A stretch of DNA of 64,000 bases from Octopus bimaculoides (taxonomy: Eukaryota): assembly GCF_001194135.2 (NCBI RefSeq), contig NC_069004.1, positions 12,845,533 to 12,909,532 of the forward strand, written 5' to 3'. The translations under genes and the position numbers were made by a program. The notes beneath the pieces are model-generated. The model made no database searches and was not told the DNA's origin. It worked only from the letters and a program-made list of their open reading frames with translations. Shown in pieces: positions 61,501-64,000 of the stretch. Every line of letters starts with the position of its first letter. Positions within the stretch are counted from its first letter, which is position 1.

Positions 61501-62936
61501 AACTGCCTCATAAGAGTTGCGTCCCTTTTTTCAAACATAACTTTATGATTCTTCATCAATTTTGCACTTCAATGCTGGTATGGGTTGGATGTGTCATCAC
61601 GGCCCAAGCCATTTATTTCCAACTGTAAGCTACTGCTCCTAAAGACTGCTATTCGTACGTGTCATTTGACTTGGTTCCTAGAGCTGGTTGTCTTCCCTAT
61701 TACCAACCACTTTATAGAATGTACTGGATGCATTTCTTTTGTGGCACCAAAAAATGTAAGGAGTGAAGACCAAGGAAAGGAACAGAAGGAGGAATGAACA
61801 AAGGCCAGGAGGAATGGAAATATGTAAGTGTGAAGAGTACTAAATAACCTTGAAGTGCACATTTGCTTAAGGTTGATAAATAGTGCCGTTGTAGTGTACA
61901 CTCTACCTGGCCATTTACACTTGAGCGTGCAGACTAACCCTTATCCTAACCCTAAACCCTATTCCTAATCCACATCATGTTATTTCACAACATACACTAT
62001 GGATGCTGCAGCAGACTACACACTAAAGCAGCACCAAATAAAATAAATACCAGATTGAAATACGTAATTCGACAATGAAATGCCAATCTCTAATTGTGGA
62101 GGGAACATGTGGAAGGGAGAGAGTGTGTGAGAGAGAGAGAGAGAGAGAGGTCAAGAATGAGAGTGAGTGTGAGAGTGCAAGAGAGAGAAAGGGTAAGAGA
62201 CAGCGAAATAGAGATGATGGTGATGTGCAAGCCTCTTACCCAGGAAGACATATGATGAAGTGGTGAGAAAGGGTCTTCAGACGTTGGGCCCCACAGAGGA
62301 GATGACAAGGGACCAAGACTCCTGATGATTTGCTGTGTTTGAGAAGACATGTCAAGCTAAGTAAAATCTTGGCTGTCCATGCATCCAGGTAAGTCCTCTA
62401 CATCCCTCTCTCAGCCAAGAGATCCAAGTCTTGAGGCTCGTGGGCGCTGGTGCCACATAAACTACTTGTGCCACATAAAAGCATCCGTGTTGGAGTCACA
62501 TATATACACCTGTGCTGGTATTATGGAAATGTGCCCATGCCAGTGCCACATAAAAAGGCACCCAGCACAGTTTGTAAAGTGGTTGGCATTAGGAAGGGCA
62601 TCCAGCCATAGAAACCATGCCAAAATAGAAAAAAATGGAGCCTGGATAGCTCACCAGCTGGCCAACTCCTGCCAAACCATCCAACCCATGCCAGCATGGA
62701 GAACAGACATTAACAGATGATGATGATGATGATAACTGATTAAAACACCACAAATTTGGCCCTCAGAATGGCTGCAGTCCAAGGAATAAAACCAGTAAAA
62801 GAGTAATACCTTTTGATTAAGGATGAAACATCACTGTTAAGGACAACAGTCGTAGTGATGATCAATCCTGCCGGTACAGATATCAGAACATCCCCTGGTT
62901 GTAAAGGCTTTACTGTCATTAAACCACGACCAGTGT
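51587..62936 (-). CDS. SETD4: SET domain-containing protein 4, partial. Exons 62936-62810, 60387-59964, 57681-57507, 55911-55827, 54592-54509, 52980-52851, 51673-51587 (runs into gap)
   Basis: [63 protein letters not shown] match the recalled SETD4 layout; phases consistent; start exon outside the window. Confidence 0.92.
52851..52980 (-). CDS. SETD4: SETD4 exon
   Basis: LNCWESCLSKKEWPPEVLEFTINLVKFIMDK...PRTQ. Confidence 0.87.
54509..54592 (-). CDS. SETD4: SETD4 exon
   Basis: KQLHYLGDTGISWNLQSVLHILNMSWQE. Confidence 0.88.
55827..55911 (-). CDS. SETD4: SETD4 exon
   Basis: DTIRDFSTCLSIACLRQKEEILEKYNLK. Confidence 0.85.
55957..56725 (+). mobile_element. Decayed mariner (DD34D-type) element
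   Basis: AIKFGVKLGK..TETYGMLQ, IIHEDLNMSKISAKFVPRVL and PDLAPCDFWLFPKLK remnants with frameshifts. Confidence 0.85.
57507..57681 (-). CDS. SETD4: SETD4 exon
   Basis: VITQFNK...[27 protein letters not shown]. Confidence 0.95.
57997..58493. mobile_element. Inverted-repeat element (~95-bp arms around a 256-N gap) carrying a hammerhead variant; Penelope-like terminus
   Basis: 57997-58091 is the reverse complement of 58398-58493. Confidence 0.75.
58081..58131 (-). ncRNA. Type I hammerhead-like fold with G3-C8 compensatory core, sense to a SETD4 intron
   Basis: UUUGUCA-GUGAACA-G-GUCGC/GCGAC-GAA-AAUAUU-U-UGACAAA; 7-bp helix I, 5-bp helix II, palindromic helix III. Confidence 0.7.
58781..59053. 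repeat. Foldback inverted repeat, ~120-bp arms, ~35-nt loop
   Basis: 58781-58901 versus 58936-59053 reverse complement with scattered mismatches. Confidence 0.88.
59964..60387 (-). CDS. SETD4: SETD4 large exon
   Basis: CNPPITAQAALSVFLLAE...NTRCVY...[12 protein letters not shown]; 424 nt. Confidence 0.95.
62810..62936 (-). CDS. SETD4: SETD4 exon (N-terminal SET half)
   Basis: TGRGLMTVKPLQPGDVLISVPAGLIITTTVVLNSDVSSLIK. Confidence 0.92.
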
Positions 62937-63534
62937 CTGGAAAAGAAAAAACAAAAACTCATAATTGTTATCATTTTAATCTTTTATCTTTTACCTGTTT
63001 CAGTCATTAGTCTGCTGCCATGCTGGGGCATTGCCTTGAAGAATTTTTAGTCAAATGAATCGACNNNNNNNNNNNNNNNNNNNNNNNNNCCCCCCCCCCC
63101 ACTACTTATATTTCTATGAAGCCTGGTATTTATTCTATTGGTCTCTTTTGCTGAACTGCTGAGTTATGGGGACATAAACACACCAACATCAGTTGTCAAG
63201 TGGTGGTGGTGGTGAGGAAAACACACTCACACACACACACACATATATGGAAGCTGGTGCAGCCTCTGACCTTGTATGTTCCTGTCAGGCCATCCAAACT
63301 ATGGAAAGCAGATGTTAAATGTTGATGATGATGTCAATGAAACAATGGGCTTCTTTCAGTTTCCTTCTACTAAATCCACTCACAAGGCTTTGGTCAGCCT
63401 GAGGTTATAATGGAAGACACTTGCCTACGTGCCATGCAATGGGACTGAACTCAGAACCATGTGGTTGGGAAGCATACTTCTTACCACACAACCACAACTT
63501 TTCCATATTTGCACAAACCAGATGAAGACTGGGC

Positions 63535-64000
63535 TTGGTGAAGTTCAGGGAATGTGGAGCATTGTTATGTGGGAAAAGGTTATCATGAAAGATGAAAGGA
63601 AGGGTCTATAGGAGATGCATGAGAGCTGCAGTGCTGTATGGGAGTGAGACATGGTGTCTGACGGAGAGAGAGAGATGGCAATTTTGAGAAGGACTGCGAG
63701 AGCAAATGGTGAGAGAAATATGTGGAGTGAAACTGTTTGATAAGAGGAGGACTGAGGACTTGATGGGGATGCTGGGGTTGGAGGAATTGGTGGAATGGCT
63801 GGCAAGGGCGAATGGAGTGCAGTGGTATGGGTATGCATTTAGGAGGAGTGAGGAGCATGTTCTGAGGAGGGTGCTTGAGTTTGACGTAAATGGACGGAGA
63901 AAGTGAAGTAGACTGAGGAAAACCTGGCGGGGGACAGGTGGAGGAGGGGATTGGAAGGGTTGGCTTGAGAAGGGAGGGCGCCCGAAACAGGGCAAGATGG
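63535..64000 (+). mobile_element. Decayed RTE-clade LINE ORF2 C-terminal fragment
   Basis: MVREICGVKLFDKRRTEDLMGMLGLEE...ANGVQWYG...RRSEEHVLRRVLEFDVNGRRK. Confidence 0.8.

Noticed and set aside
61935-61970. Degenerate CCCTAA repeats as an interstitial telomere or fusion scar
   Set aside because: Only a few imperfect units; more simply an element remnant.

Overview
AT-rich, repeat-dense eukaryotic DNA with nine N-gaps. The SINE/MITE landscape points to a coleoid cephalopod, probably Octopus (inference). Three spliced genes were rebuilt by hand from GT-AG boundaries with consistent phases: CDK1 (+, 7 coding exons, 825-10618, 304 aa), FIRRM/C1orf112 (+, 24 coding exons, 18566-50089, about 939 aa) and SETD4 (-, 7 visible exons, 62936 down to 51587, with the 5' exon(s) outside the window and the stop at or in a gap). 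Introns carry tRNA-derived SINEs, RTE-type LINE tails, Tc1/mariner remnants, hAT and piggyBac-like MITEs and microsatellites. The most notable signal is two unrelated repeat families carrying minimal type I hammerhead-ribozyme folds with a palindromic helix III, as seen in Penelope-like elements. One family has a tRNA-like Pol III head (47376-47727; inverted dimer at 22007-22379). The other has a G3-C8 compensatory swap of the catalytic core (58081-58131). One copy of each family lies sense to a host pre-mRNA. Most short ORFs in the supplied track are spurious.
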